Shown here: in pieces, positions 1-11,397 of the stretch
Layout of the letters: each line of letters opens with the position of its first letter
Position numbering within the stretch: position 1 is the first letter of the stretch
DNA from: Perkinsela sp. CCAP 1560/9
Lineage: Eukaryota > Protista > Euglenozoa: Kinetoplastea
Assembly (NCBI GenBank): GCA_965644495.1
Contig: CBFFSA010000013.1
Span: forward strand, 248,001 to 312,000
DNA: 64,000 nt
Reading direction: 5' to 3'
Translations under genes and position numbers: made by a program
The notes under the pieces: model-generated
What the model was told of the DNA's origin: nothing
Database searches by the model: none
The model's input: only the letters and a program-made list of their open reading frames with translations

Positions 1-194
1 ACTTTCACGGCCTAGCTAGCAAGTGAATAAGAAAATGACGCATCTTTTATGAAGATAAAAGAAAGAATCCTTTTCGGCACATGCATTCCGACCCGTAGAA
101 ACCGGTGTTCAGGTTAATGCAGGTTTATACAGTTTTAAAGATATGATCGCCATGACAATTTTACACGTTACATCCAAGCTCTATAATTTCTTGT

Positions 195-836
195 TCAATA
201 ATATCTGTACGTTATTCGTCCATCAGCCCAGTTCGTGACGTGCCTCTCTTTCATGTTGTTCCAACATTGAATTTTTGTCCCTGAGAAATCGTACGTCGTG
301 TGCTCTGGAAGCTCGTGTTCCCCAAGTGTCCCAGTTAGCTCTTCATTTTCCTGAAGCCATAGTGCCGACAGAGTCGTAGGCACCACTTGAAAATACACAT
401 TCTCAGAAAATTTATTTGACCGCAATCCCAAAACTTGGAGAGTAGAAGGAAGTCCTGAAAGATCGACCCTACCGCTCAGCTGATTGTGATTTACAAAAAA
501 GTATTCCAATTGTGGCGGTAAGTTAATAAGATCTACTTCGCCCTCAAGACTGTTTGGTGAAACGCTGAAGAATGTCAATGTTCGAGGTAAATGTTGCCAT
601 AACATGGAGCCATGTAGTTTTAACCAGTCCCAAGTAATGCGATCAACCATGGCTGCATCATTACAAGTAACACCACTCCACCTACACGCATTTGTTGCCG
701 TTGTCCACGAGGAATGGGTGTTCTCAACATTTCGCACGAGGCGCTCCAATTCATATTCCTGGGAAAATATCATTCCGCGAACCTTGCCTGGCCGAGTACC
801 TTGCGTCGAGGGATCGACGCACGTAGACGTGTTCAT
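195..836 (-). CDS. Short leucine-rich repeat protein (LRRNT_2-like cap plus plant/protist-type LRRs)
   Basis: ACRWSGVTC cap and repeated LxxLxLxxNxLSGxVDLxxLP units; paralogue at 10813-11397. Confidence 0.85.
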   Translation of the reverse strand: MNTSTCVDPSTQGTRPGKVRGMIFSQEYELERLVRNVENTHSSWTTATNACRWSGVTCNDAAMVDRITWDWLKLHGSMLWQHLPRTLTFFSVSPNSLEGEVDLINLPPQLEYFFVNHNQLSGRVDLSGLPSTLQVLGLRSNKFSENVYFQVVPTTLSALWLQENEELTGTLGEHELPEHTTYDFSGTKIQCWNNMKERHVTNWADGRITYRYY

Positions 837-1031
837 ATAGTGTTGATGATATTGTATACTGCAATAAGGACTACTCTATACTTTTTGTATTGTTCTGCAA
901 CGATTAAATGTTTGACTAGTATAACTACTCACACGTAAAGAGCTAAAACGGTATAAAATACCTACCTCTCGTTCCATAAAAAAAATCAGGGTTCGACCTA
1001 CAGTAACAGTAGGGCCAGCTGGCCAAAAATT

Positions 1032-3938
1032 TCATTCACTTGGTAATACAGGATCAATTCGCCTCGGACGATTAATGTGTCCCAATGCCCGGACGGCGCT
1101 TTGAGCTTGTTTATGTGCTATTCGACTAGCCGGCTCGTGGATGCGGCTTTGTCGACCGTCTGACCTGACGTATGATTCTGACGGAAGACTTTCAAAATTT
1201 TTCTGCAACAGCTGATCATGACAAGTTACGGATTTGATGTCTCTCGCATCCAGCAGCTGGCGCAGTAGTTCAAGATCACTTGCGTTGCTTTTATGATTGT
1301 CAGCTGCGAGAGGTGTGACATCACGGACAGATACTATGCCGCCTCTTTGAGAAGAAATATTATGTAATTCGTCGTTGCCCTTTAGTGATTCGCTACACGA
1401 ATCAATTGTATCGCATCGTGATGTCTCCTCTGCATGAGACATCTTAAAGTTTTCAAAATTTTGCGATCCAAAACGTCCTTTGCGCAAAATATCCAGAGTT
1501 TCATCATAATCTGAGCCCAACGTAAAGTAATCAGAAAGCTGCTGTCGGTGAATGCCAGTGGTATGAGATTGAACACCAACGTCGGACAAATTGGAGCTCG
1601 CCTTATTAACACGTGTCGATTTCAATACCGTTTCAGTTGAACAGAGTTTCATAATTTGTCGCTCGTAAACTTTTTCTTCAATGGTTCCCGCCGCCAGAAG
1701 ACGATATATTTCCACATCCTTTTTCTGACCGAGACGCCATACTCTTTCACGTGCCTGAATATCAATGTGAGGATTCCAATCAGGATCTATGATGACCACT
1801 CGACTGCATCCAGTAAAATTAATACCAAGGCCCCCAACACGAGTTGTTAGGAGACCAATTGTGATACTGGGATCATTATTAAGAGAATCGATCAGTGTAC
1901 CACGATGTGCAATCGGAGTAAGTCCATCCATACGTATGTAGTCGTACCCCTCATACCGGATGCATTGCTCGATTATGTCAAGCATCATACGTGTTTGAGT
2001 GTAAATAAGCGTCTTCTCAACACTGGTTAACGCGCTGTCATTTTCGGATTTGGTATTTGTTGTACCCTCTTCTTTCAGAAACGTAGAGAGTTCATTCGTT
2101 TGGCCTGATCTTAGGTTCCATCCCGCCAGCAAAGGCAAAAGCACCCTGAGTTTACAACTTGATGCTACACAATCATCGTAAAGTTTGCTGTTAACAGGCT
2201 TCGAAATATCAGTGATGGGACAAGTGAGAAAACGTTTCCTCTGACGGGCCGTAATACCGTTACCGCGATCACATAGCCATGGATGGTTGCACAAGTTTCG
2301 AAGGTAAGAAATGGCCTGAAACAAAAGTAAGTGTGACGTGTCGTTGCCTAAACAATTGGAGTGGCGGTCTATTTCTTTGTTAACTGCACGTTGATAGAGC
2401 CTCCAACTCATGTTTTCAGACATCAGGAAGCCACTGTACAACCGTACTTGCGCAGGGGTAAGCTTCACATAGATCAACTTTTCAGATTTTGCTGTTAGTT
2501 GTATGCCAACGTCGTTCTTCAAGCGGCGCAACAGAAACGGTCCAATACGGGCCTTTAATTGCTTGCTGAACGCCAAAGAGGAGTGAACATCCCTGTCGGT
2601 AGCACCTTTGTACGAACCCTGCCGGATGGGTTCCTCAAATTGGTTCACGAAGGTATCCAAATCCCCTAACAATAGAGGATTCACAAAATTAAAAAGGGAC
2701 CACAATTCCGATATCTTATTCTGTATCGGTGTGCCGGTAAGTAATATCCGATGCGGTGTGCGGAAAGACTTCACGGCTTTCGCTGTTGCGCTTTCCGCAT
2801 TCCGTATAAAATGACCCTCGTCGAGAATTACGTACCCAATGGGCAGTTTTAAAAGCTGCGGTAAGTAGAGACGAAGGGTGGCATAGGTAGTAAGCAAAAT
2901 CGTATTTCTACTGGACTGGGATCGTAGTGACTCAATAAATGTCCCAAGTTTGCCATCTGCTCCGACCTCCGAGGTGCGATGGAGAAGGCGTACGCGCAAG
3001 TGAGGGGCCCAATACGACATTTCTTGCATCCACTGGCTCATTATGGTAGCTGGACAAGCTAGTAAGACATACTCGGCCATTAACTGGGAGTGACCCAAGG
3101 AACCCAGAAAGCCAGCCGTGATCACCGTCTTGCCAAGGCCCATCTCATCGGCCAGGATGCCGCCAGTGTTCAAAGAGTGTAGTTCCCATAGCCATTGTAC
3201 CGCAACGCGTTGATAAGGGTACAACAGCGTCCATACACCAGGAGGAATGAAGAGCCCTCCAGGAAATGAGACACACTGGGATTTGGCCCGCCCGTCTTTC
3301 CATACCTCAGACAAGTTGGTTGGCGAGGAAGGAGACTCACTGGACGTGTCGTTGTATTCTTGAATCACCTCTTCAAATAGATTATAGAGCTCCTGGTTCC
3401 AGATTTCAGAAAGTTCGGTGTCCTTGCGCGTAGATTTCTTTGCTGTCGCACCTCGTTTATGTATACTGCGAATTGGGCTTTCCCCTATTTCGTTCTTTAT
3501 GCGATAAGTAGGTATTGATGGTGATTCACTGCGTTCCCGTTTTCCTTTGCAAGCTAAAGAAGATCTATTTCTAAACCTGGAAGCAGAATGAGAACTGTTA
3601 CTAAAAATTCGTTCAACTGGCATAGTGGGATTTACTGAAACGTGACCAGCGTTGTTTTGACGTCGTAAAATTGGATAACATTCCTCCAGAGTATCTCCGA
3701 ATTCTGACTCAGATGGTTTTCTGATTCGCGTTGAACGTTCAGCATCAACTCCCGGTGATAAACACGTAGATTGGGACAGGACTTTGGGAAATTTTTCGAG
3801 CTCTATATGAGACGCCTCTTCATTATCCTTCTGGAGACATGTGCCGCACTTGCTTTGAAGTTCTAGGGTATTAGAACCCTTCAATAACTCCACTTCCGCA
3901 TTGTTTTTCTTTGTATGAAGCGACCGTGTGGGTTGCAT
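1032..3938 (-). CDS. RAD26: SNF2-family helicase, Rad26/CSB (ERCC6)-like
   Basis: LYPYQRVAVQWLWELH, GGILADEMGLGKT, DEGH, LTGTPIQN, LTTRVGGLGIN, DPDWNP..D.QARERVWRLGQKKDV motifs; the 'WLWELH' and 'QARER.WR.GQ' forms are CSB-typical. Confidence 0.85.
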   Translation of the reverse strand: MQPTRSLHTKKNNAEVELLKGSNTLELQSKCGTCLQKDNEEASHIELEKFPKVLSQSTCLSPGVDAERSTRIRKPSESEFGDTLEECYPILRRQNNAGHVSVNPTMPVERIFSNSSHSASRFRNRSSLACKGKRERSESPSIPTYRIKNEIGESPIRSIHKRGATAKKSTRKDTELSEIWNQELYNLFEEVIQEYNDTSSESPSSPTNLSEVWKDGRAKSQCVSFPGGLFIPPGVWTLLYPYQRVAVQWLWELHSLNTGGILADEMGLGKTVITAGFLGSLGHSQLMAEYVLLACPATIMSQWMQEMSYWAPHLRVRLLHRTSEVGADGKLGTFIESLRSQSSRNTILLTTYATLRLYLPQLLKLPIGYVILDEGHFIRNAESATAKAVKSFRTPHRILLTGTPIQNKISELWSLFNFVNPLLLGDLDTFVNQFEEPIRQGSYKGATDRDVHSSLAFSKQLKARIGPFLLRRLKNDVGIQLTAKSEKLIYVKLTPAQVRLYSGFLMSENMSWRLYQRAVNKEIDRHSNCLGNDTSHLLLFQAISYLRNLCNHPWLCDRGNGITARQRKRFLTCPITDISKPVNSKLYDDCVASSCKLRVLLPLLAGWNLRSGQTNELSTFLKEEGTTNTKSENDSALTSVEKTLIYTQTRMMLDIIEQCIRYEGYDYIRMDGLTPIAHRGTLIDSLNNDPSITIGLLTTRVGGLGINFTGCSRVVIIDPDWNPHIDIQARERVWRLGQKKDVEIYRLLAAGTIEEKVYERQIMKLCSTETVLKSTRVNKASSNLSDVGVQSHTTGIHRQQLSDYFTLGSDYDETLDILRKGRFGSQNFENFKMSHAEETSRCDTIDSCSESLKGNDELHNISSQRGGIVSVRDVTPLAADNHKSNASDLELLRQLLDARDIKSVTCHDQLLQKNFESLPSESYVRSDGRQSRIHEPASRIAHKQAQSAVRALGHINRPRRIDPVLPSE

Positions 3939-4328
3939 ATAAGTAGGATACGAGGGCCAGAAACTATACTACGAATGAATATACGAAACATTTATGAAAA
4001 AAACACAGAAACTTCTTACATCTTTTATGGCACTGACTTACTATTCCTGGAGTAACGCAACTATAAAACCCATAATGTTCAGTACAGACTATACTACAAG
4101 TACTGATTCAATAGATTTCTCCATAAACGTTCGAGGTATGAACCTCGGTTGGGATTGAAACAAAATTGAAAACTATTGAAAATAGACCATTGAAGAACCA
4201 AAAAATAAAAGCGGATGAATAGTTTCTGTGATACTTCTGTGAAATGGTATCTGCACACGAAATGTGTCCTTAGTTGCAACAGTTTCATATGAATTACACG
4301 TCTGATTATCTTCACAGGAGGACCATTT

Positions 4329-7061
4329 TTACGCTGCTGTACCAGTCGTCAGTGATTCCACGAAACGGTTACTCAAAGATGTAGCAACGCCCTCTGACGA
4401 GCACTTAACCTTCAGATTACCACTGAAAATTTCCCCATCCTTTGAGAGGCAAAGATGAGTGAGGACAATGTCGTTAAAGAGTGTGCGCGAAGCCGATACC
4501 GTACACTGGATAGAAGTTGTATCAGATTCCGCACAAAGAGACTTGCCATCTTTCAGGTTTAGTTTCTCACAACAGTGCCAATCATTTCCCTTGAAATGCT
4601 TTTGAAATTTGGACACAACTTGGTGCCTCTCTTTTGTCCAAAGCTCCGTAATTGCTTCAGGTCTACATGGTAACTGCATCATTTCTAAATGGTCCGTCGG
4701 ATCAACCGATATCTCAAGTAGGGTGTGCGTATTCGAGCTCGTGGTCCCTGCTTGAATTTCATATCTCACTTCTGGAAAAACTATTATTTCTTGCGTACTC
4801 TTAATCTTGAGCGTAGCCCGAACGGTCGTAAAATCTCCTGGAGAGACGTTACACGGTGAAAATTTTTCAATAAAAGAAACTGCTTCACTTTTCTGTGCTG
4901 AAGTACGAGCTGACAGCCCCAGCTTAAGATTCAGCATGGGTGAAGACGTTTGATTCACAATCAGAAACACAAAGGTAACGACGGGAGTTTTAGTGGACAC
5001 CGCGCACTCCACATACAAAGGTTCACCGAAACCAGTTAATGCATGGAGCACTCCTTGTGAGCTATGTATTCCCTGCTGCATTGCATCCAGAAGTGGTAGG
5101 GTATCCGAAGTATTGTCAGCACCGCTCACCGCCAGGGCGAGCTCCTCATCTTCAGTTTTTCTCGTTCCCATCTCGCGGCTTACAGAAGGATGCGGAAGCA
5201 TCGAGTACGATAAGGGAACATCAACTGAGGTTTCAGAAGGGCGCACCACGATAGCATTCTCTTCTGGCAAACAGTTTGACATTGGCAGTGATAAAAGATG
5301 TAATCCTGTTCCTGATGAATTAAGAGCTGAATCCATGTGTAGCCTTCGTAAGAAAACAACTTGATTAGCTGAATCAGAGTCAAAAAGAGCAGGGCGTCCA
5401 GCAACTAGAATGTACAGTTTTTCTAGACATGCCCGAAGCAGTAACGCATCGTTCTCTTCTACTTGTTCATTTGAGAGCGACATAACATCGGAAAGAAGCT
5501 GTCCTACCAAAGACGCAAGACAAGAAACTGTGGGTCCTATTTCATCAATTGATCTGTTTCTCTCCATTTCACAGTCCGATAGATTTTGTGCAATCTTTTC
5601 AACCGCATCACAAACCTGAGAAGCGTGTTTCGGTTGCACAAACGCTCTCAAAGTGTTCAACACTTGCCGCCCTGTAGGCTGACCATTGCATACAAGTACC
5701 TGTGATAAGAGTTCTCGAATATAGTTGTCGCGATCCTGATCTGAAATGGATTTAAGGGCAACGGTCAACAAATGCGTGAAATAGCGTCCCACATTAAGAT
5801 TCACCTTCTTAGTGGCGAAACGCACAAATTCTTGCGCTACTTTCTCTGGGAATTGTCTTAAAATCTGTTCTATGACGTGGGCAATGTATTCCAGATATGC
5901 TTCTTGCTCCGACTCAGTAGTTTCTAGCATTCTATTTTCCAAACAGTCGATTTCGTAAAGTAAACAAGTCAAAAGCTGGTTCGCCGAATTTTCTGAAATC
6001 CAGAACACTATAAATTTTAGTAGTCGACTGCGAATTTCATATGGAAGCGTTGTACCTTCCAAACATCGTATCATCGTTGTCATTGCATGCGACATGCAAT
6101 GAGGAGGCAGACTCTTGAACTTTTCAAGCTCCTTCAAAACAACTTGTTTGACACTTAAATCCTCGTGAGTGGCCATGAGATCAGAATAGATCTCTGCAGC
6201 ACTCTGCATCGCGCTTTCCGAGCCTGATATGCGTGGCAGTAATTGTGCGCATGAAAATTGCACACTAGGGTCCATGTTTCGAATTTGTAACAAGTAAGAT
6301 AGTAGATAAGCCCCAGGCGCACGTAGCCCAGCGTTGTTCCGCAACTGAGACCCTAGAACACGGAGAACGGTATTCCAAAAGGATACATTGGCCGGAGTAA
6401 CGTCACGTGGTATGATACTTGATGGTGTCCCAGATGCCACACTTTGCAAAAGGTTTGTCAACCAATTCGGATTCATTTCACTTAACAATTGGAACGCGCG
6501 GCATTGCACACTCCCATCATGGTCCGTAAGCAAATTCTCCAGGACTGGTTCGATTCCTGAAACCAAGGAACTGTGTTTTCGAAAAATACACGCCAGGGTA
6601 TGTACTGCGGCTCTTGAAACGTACGGATGCTGGTGTCGTGAGCAGTCAACAATGCAAGGCACAAGGGGCTCTAAGAGATCTCTCTCTTGTACGGAGCACA
6701 GAAATCGGAGTGTCGCACCTCGAATGTACTCATTAGGATGTTGTAAATCGACACGCCAGGATGATATCAAAAGGAGCATCTCAGGAAGAAGTTTGCCATC
6801 ACCGTCCGTCTTGTCGATTAGTTCCCAGAGGAGAAACATAAGCTTTTTAAGCTCATGGTCACCACAGGGAACGCAAAATTTGATTACGGACAATACAGTA
6901 GAGTTTACTGACTCCCCACTGATATGTAAGCGAATGATTTTTTTCAATGTATCTCTTTTTTCCGAGATATTGGCAGATTCTAAGCCTTCAGCAATTTCTT
7001 TAAAAGTCGGCGGCACTGAGCTGCAATTAAGTAATAGTCGACAAGTGTCTCTAGCCTGCAT
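4329..7061 (-). CDS. COPB1: Coatomer subunit beta (beta-COP)
   Basis: DHELKKL..L.WE...KTD.DGKLLPEM, DLQHPNEYIRGATLRFLC, and appendage LTGFGEPLYVE / LIVNQT..MLNL motifs. Confidence 0.92.
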   Translation of the reverse strand: MQARDTCRLLLNCSSVPPTFKEIAEGLESANISEKRDTLKKIIRLHISGESVNSTVLSVIKFCVPCGDHELKKLMFLLWELIDKTDGDGKLLPEMLLLISSWRVDLQHPNEYIRGATLRFLCSVQERDLLEPLVPCIVDCSRHQHPYVSRAAVHTLACIFRKHSSLVSGIEPVLENLLTDHDGSVQCRAFQLLSEMNPNWLTNLLQSVASGTPSSIIPRDVTPANVSFWNTVLRVLGSQLRNNAGLRAPGAYLLSYLLQIRNMDPSVQFSCAQLLPRISGSESAMQSAAEIYSDLMATHEDLSVKQVVLKELEKFKSLPPHCMSHAMTTMIRCLEGTTLPYEIRSRLLKFIVFWISENSANQLLTCLLYEIDCLENRMLETTESEQEAYLEYIAHVIEQILRQFPEKVAQEFVRFATKKVNLNVGRYFTHLLTVALKSISDQDRDNYIRELLSQVLVCNGQPTGRQVLNTLRAFVQPKHASQVCDAVEKIAQNLSDCEMERNRSIDEIGPTVSCLASLVGQLLSDVMSLSNEQVEENDALLLRACLEKLYILVAGRPALFDSDSANQVVFLRRLHMDSALNSSGTGLHLLSLPMSNCLPEENAIVVRPSETSVDVPLSYSMLPHPSVSREMGTRKTEDEELALAVSGADNTSDTLPLLDAMQQGIHSSQGVLHALTGFGEPLYVECAVSTKTPVVTFVFLIVNQTSSPMLNLKLGLSARTSAQKSEAVSFIEKFSPCNVSPGDFTTVRATLKIKSTQEIIVFPEVRYEIQAGTTSSNTHTLLEISVDPTDHLEMMQLPCRPEAITELWTKERHQVVSKFQKHFKGNDWHCCEKLNLKDGKSLCAESDTTSIQCTVSASRTLFNDIVLTHLCLSKDGEIFSGNLKVKCSSEGVATSLSNRFVESLTTGTAA

Positions 7062-7403
7062 GATTACAAAATCTATCGAAAATTATGAAGAAAATAACCG
7101 AAGGAATTATGAAGAGTCATTACTATAACGAGGTAATGGAAACGAATAAAATTTCCTACGATGTTATTCAGCAGCCTTTATGAAGTCTGTAGAATACAAA
7201 AAAAACGTGCTACGCAATACACTTTATTAAGTACGATCTATAACCATTTTTTCTAATATCATTTTGTCGTATCCTCCAAGACTGCACAAATTATTTAATA
7301 GATTCAGCTAAACGTGTATTTACAATCTAAATTCTAGCACTGCGGTTTAGCTAGTAAACTCCAGTATAACAATCGGGTTCAAATAGATTCATCGTATGAA
7401 CTG

Positions 7404-8435
7404 CTATGCATTTCCAAATATTTGGCCACCTATCGCCCTTTTTTGAGCCACAGGAAATTCTATTTGGTTTAACGAAACCGATAAACCCTGAAATAGATTC
7501 ATTGCCCGAGTGATATCGGCTTGATCGCAAAATTTATCCTCTTCTTTGGTCACATTCCCCTTTTTCCAGTGATGCATCACACCCTTTCCATTCACGATAT
7601 AAACACCATACCCATGCCTCGAATCATTCTCATACTGCCCGAGCGAAATTTCCTGTGCGGTTGCGTACAGAAAAGTCAACCCCCACCCATGACGCTTCCC
7701 GTTTTCCCACCACCCCATATAGGTGCGACCACTGCTCGTCCAGTGATACACACCAAACCCATGAAAATGACCATCCATAAACTCTCCTTCGTAACACTCT
7801 CCTTGCGGATGAACCCAATACCCGTGGCCATGTTTCTTCCCCTTCCATATCTCCCCACGGTAGGACGCGCCTGTGGGAAACACACAGTGGTGAGTCTCCA
7901 GAGCTGTCGGCTCTTCGGAGCCCTCCTCCGTTCCTTTCGGCTCCACCGCTCCACGGAGTTGTTGACTCACCCCCTCGTACCTCTTTCCTAACTCCTGTTG
8001 TGTCTTCTCACTCTCGAGTTGATCCACCCAGGAGGCTTCTGCGGCGGTTTGCAGTCTCCCGCAGTTCCACTGCTCCAAAACGGGGACTCCCTCCCCCGGA
8101 GCGTACCGTACCATTGGGCCATGTTTGGTGCCGGCGTGAAAACTTCCGACGGATTTAGAATTCGATTCAGCTTCGTGATTCGTAACTACGCCTTTGCCTT
8201 GCCTCAGCCCTCGAGACCACTCCCCGAGATACACCTCACCCGAGGCAGCGGTGTGGGTGCCACAGCCATGGGGTTTGTTCTGTTCGTACTCCCCTCGGTA
8301 GCCCTCCCCACTGGGATGGGTCCACTCCCCGTAGCCGTGCATGTGGGTATCCCCGAGTACGGTACCGGCGTAGGTACAGCCACTGGGGAACGTGTAGGAG
8401 CGGTACTGTAAAGGAGGAGTAACGGTGTCGGACAT
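7404..8435 (-). CDS. MORN-repeat protein
   Basis: Two blocks of Y-x-G-x-W/F-x3-H-G-x-G repeats; start moved to ATG 8435 (MSDTVTPP), which follows a polypyrimidine tract. Confidence 0.85.
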   Translation of the reverse strand: MSDTVTPPLQYRSYTFPSGCTYAGTVLGDTHMHGYGEWTHPSGEGYRGEYEQNKPHGCGTHTAASGEVYLGEWSRGLRQGKGVVTNHEAESNSKSVGSFHAGTKHGPMVRYAPGEGVPVLEQWNCGRLQTAAEASWVDQLESEKTQQELGKRYEGVSQQLRGAVEPKGTEEGSEEPTALETHHCVFPTGASYRGEIWKGKKHGHGYWVHPQGECYEGEFMDGHFHGFGVYHWTSSGRTYMGWWENGKRHGWGLTFLYATAQEISLGQYENDSRHGYGVYIVNGKGVMHHWKKGNVTKEEDKFCDQADITRAMNLFQGLSVSLNQIEFPVAQKRAIGGQIFGNA

Positions 8436-8944
8436 TAGGAGAAAGGCATAGAGAGAGAAGAGAGAGACAGAAGGAAGAGTCGTGTTATTATAGTTGTTAT
8501 ACAGCAGCACTACTATACAGTTTTATATACCCCCATTTATGTCATATTGCTACAGTTTTTCTGGGAGTACAAAGTGGGTGAAAATGGAAATAATGCCTGT
8601 TTTTAAGAGATACAGTATAACGTCTCCCCGTTTAAGCGCACACGGATATCCCCCTTTTAAGCGTTCATTGAGCTGAGGTGCAGACGGTGCAATTTTTTTT
8701 AATGTAGTAATTCAGACCCTCCTCTTTTTAAAATTTAAACGCTCGTATGAACTCTACGAGTGTGAGTGAATGTTTCATTGTGAAACACAGAGCAATACAA
8801 TGCAGATGTAGTGTAACATCTTTTAAGTATACATCTCTTAAGATACAGATGTACAGATGTAGTATGTGAATGTGTTGCGGAGTAAAGTAAATCCAGTAGA
8901 GTGCCTACCTTGCTTTACATACTCGTGAAGATTTTTTTGTGACG

Positions 8945-10510
8945 TTAAACTGCACGACTTCGCTGACCATGACTTTCTTTTTCATCTTTCGAATGATTTT
9001 TTTGAACCTTCAATGACTTAGCGGTCGCCTTATCTGAACTGGGGAGGTAGTATACTATGTTGCAATATTTATCACGGACACGAATTGTTGAGCCCACAGC
9101 AACGTGACCCTGGAATTTCTGAAAGTAAACGTGATTGATGGTGACGTGTAGCGGGATAGGGTAGACAAAATTGGATTCAGTTGGTTTCAATGAGGAGGGT
9201 TCAGACGTTGCAGGAGGTTTCTCGTGTATAGCCTCAGGTGAGCTTCGTGACGAAGAATTAGCCGAAGGGGGACTTTTTTCTCGTAAAACACCGGAGGGTG
9301 GGTGCTCCAGCCTTGACGACATATTTATTGCGCAGCTCGTTTTCACGTTACTCGGTTGAGAACTTGATATTGACAGACCGACCTGTATTTTATCAGTTTT
9401 CCATTGGATATCCCCATTGGATGTCAAGCTAGTGAGTTCCACCTTGTGATTTAATTTTTCTTTGGAGTTTAACTCATATTGTGTATCTTCTTCAGATAAA
9501 GTTTGAAGTTCGTTCTTTTTACCGGCAGGGGAATTCGGACCGCTTCCCTGCTGCGAATTTTCTGATGATTTCAAGCCTGACAAAGGCTTTTCGTGCGCTT
9601 CATCGGACGATAATGAAGAAGATAAATTTCGGTCTTTTAATCGCTGAAAGGCGGGCTGCGTATTCAGGGGTGTATAACGCAAGTGAGGTGGTAATAGAGC
9701 TGGACTCTTCTTTGTCACTTCAAATTCCTGACCTTCCTGGCTCCAACCAGTATCGCTAGAGAGGGCAGAAGGCCATGGCTCCTCCGCAGATGTGTATAAC
9801 CAGCACGCGGGGTCGCTGCGGACCTCAACGATGTTATAACGCTCGCCTTCTTGACTCACCAGTTCCTGTTTCGGATCCGGGCCTGTATCTTGGCCGTCTA
9901 TCACGAAAGTATAATAGTGCATCCCAACGGGGAGTTCCAGTAAGACATAGAACTCATCTTTGGATTTTATCATGGGCAATGGTCGCCAGCTCGAAAATGA
10001 TCCCATTATACTCACGTACCGTGCATCGGTTCCTTGATATCGCAACACAGTAGGCATTACTGGAATATATTCCTGACCAGATTTGTTCGTGAGACCTTGT
10101 GCTATTTCTGACGCTTCCTTGGGATTCTGTTCCGCAGCATGTTGAATATCCGCCTCGCCAGAGGCGGAAGGGCAAGGCAAACCATTTTGATGGTCGTCAA
10201 ACGCAGTTTTTTGCGTTGCCGGAACTGAAGTTGGAAATTCTCGGATGATTTCATTATGTTGCAAGTGGTTTCTCGTGGCTCGCGGTCCCTCCTGAACTCG
10301 ATTGAGCTCCGAGTAATGTATTGCACTAGACAATGCCGGTGGAACTACCCCGTCTAACAGCGCGCTGTTCTTAGGGCTCTGCGCTGCCAGTCGGTTTATG
10401 TTTATAGTCGATAATCCTCGTCTTCCTCTGTTGGTGGGTGCTGTGGGTGGTGTCCCCCTAGCGCTACTCTTTTCCGCCGGACTGCGAAGATCGCTCGAGG
10501 TTTGACCCAT
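8945..10510 (-). CDS. AMP-activated protein kinase beta subunit
   Basis: MGQTSS myristoylation start, glycogen-binding domain (GSFSSW...LELPVGMHYYTFVIDG), ASC motifs PALLPPHL and P.HVTINHVY...RVRDKY. Confidence 0.85.
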   Translation of the reverse strand: MGQTSSDLRSPAEKSSARGTPPTAPTNRGRRGLSTININRLAAQSPKNSALLDGVVPPALSSAIHYSELNRVQEGPRATRNHLQHNEIIREFPTSVPATQKTAFDDHQNGLPCPSASGEADIQHAAEQNPKEASEIAQGLTNKSGQEYIPVMPTVLRYQGTDARYVSIMGSFSSWRPLPMIKSKDEFYVLLELPVGMHYYTFVIDGQDTGPDPKQELVSQEGERYNIVEVRSDPACWLYTSAEEPWPSALSSDTGWSQEGQEFEVTKKSPALLPPHLRYTPLNTQPAFQRLKDRNLSSSLSSDEAHEKPLSGLKSSENSQQGSGPNSPAGKKNELQTLSEEDTQYELNSKEKLNHKVELTSLTSNGDIQWKTDKIQVGLSISSSQPSNVKTSCAINMSSRLEHPPSGVLREKSPPSANSSSRSSPEAIHEKPPATSEPSSLKPTESNFVYPIPLHVTINHVYFQKFQGHVAVGSTIRVRDKYCNIVYYLPSSDKATAKSLKVQKNHSKDEKESHGQRSRAV

Positions 10511-10812
10511 TGCTATAAATTTTTGTGTACCTAGAAAAAGAGCATTTTTGTTTCGCTTCCCACTTTGCGGTAAATATTGTTTATACTAGTATACCAAATT
10601 TAATTTATATTGTATGAATTTTAAATTATAGTACTAGCACCCCTCTTTATCACTGTATACTAAATCACTGTATACTAAAACAACGTAGGACTACTGCTGT
10701 AGTCTTGGAGGAACCAATTCTTAGAAATTTCGGTTTCTATGTACATGTAACGTGTCATGTTGATGTGATGTACAGTTAAGATGTAATACCACTAAAATCT
10801 TGATGCCTTGGG

Positions 10813-11397
10813 TTAATATACTCGAATTTTGGTACCCTGCACGTACCTGATACTCAGACAAGGGGGTAGTTTACTAATAATCATGTCACCCATAAGTTCC
10901 TCATTTCGATAAAGAAGAATCCTCTCCAGACCTTGTGGAAGCATGTCAAAGCGTACCATTCCGGAAAAATTGTTCTTCGCCAAGTTTAGCACCTTCAGAT
11001 TCGATGGCAGGTGGCACAAATCAATCTCTCCACTAAATTCGTTCTCTGAGATGCGGAACACGGTCAAGGGAGGGGGGAGTACTGTGAGATCAACGGGGCC
11101 TGATAAAGTATTTTCCCAGAAAACAAGAATTTGAACTGTGTGTGGCAGAAACTTCCACTGCAGTACACCGCGTAACTTACGACTGCGTAAGTCCACTTTT
11201 TCGACCTCCAATTGATCGTTACACACTATGCCCTCCCATTCACATACAGATACCTCCTGTGACCAAGATGGGACCGGATTCGTAAGATCTTGAGCAAATT
11301 GTTGAAGTAAAAATTCTGCTGGAAAAACGTTACCTCGAACTTTTCCGAGACGGACGCGAGGATTGATATCCGCTGAATTTGCAGGACGGGAAAACAT
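10813..11397 (-). CDS. Short leucine-rich repeat protein, paralogue of 195-836
   Basis: VCEWEGIVC cap, LRR units, shared N-terminal GKVRG motif. Confidence 0.85.
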   Translation of the reverse strand: MFSRPANSADINPRVRLGKVRGNVFPAEFLLQQFAQDLTNPVPSWSQEVSVCEWEGIVCNDQLEVEKVDLRSRKLRGVLQWKFLPHTVQILVFWENTLSGPVDLTVLPPPLTVFRISENEFSGEIDLCHLPSNLKVLNLAKNNFSGMVRFDMLPQGLERILLYRNEELMGDMIISKLPPCLSIRYVQGTKIRVY

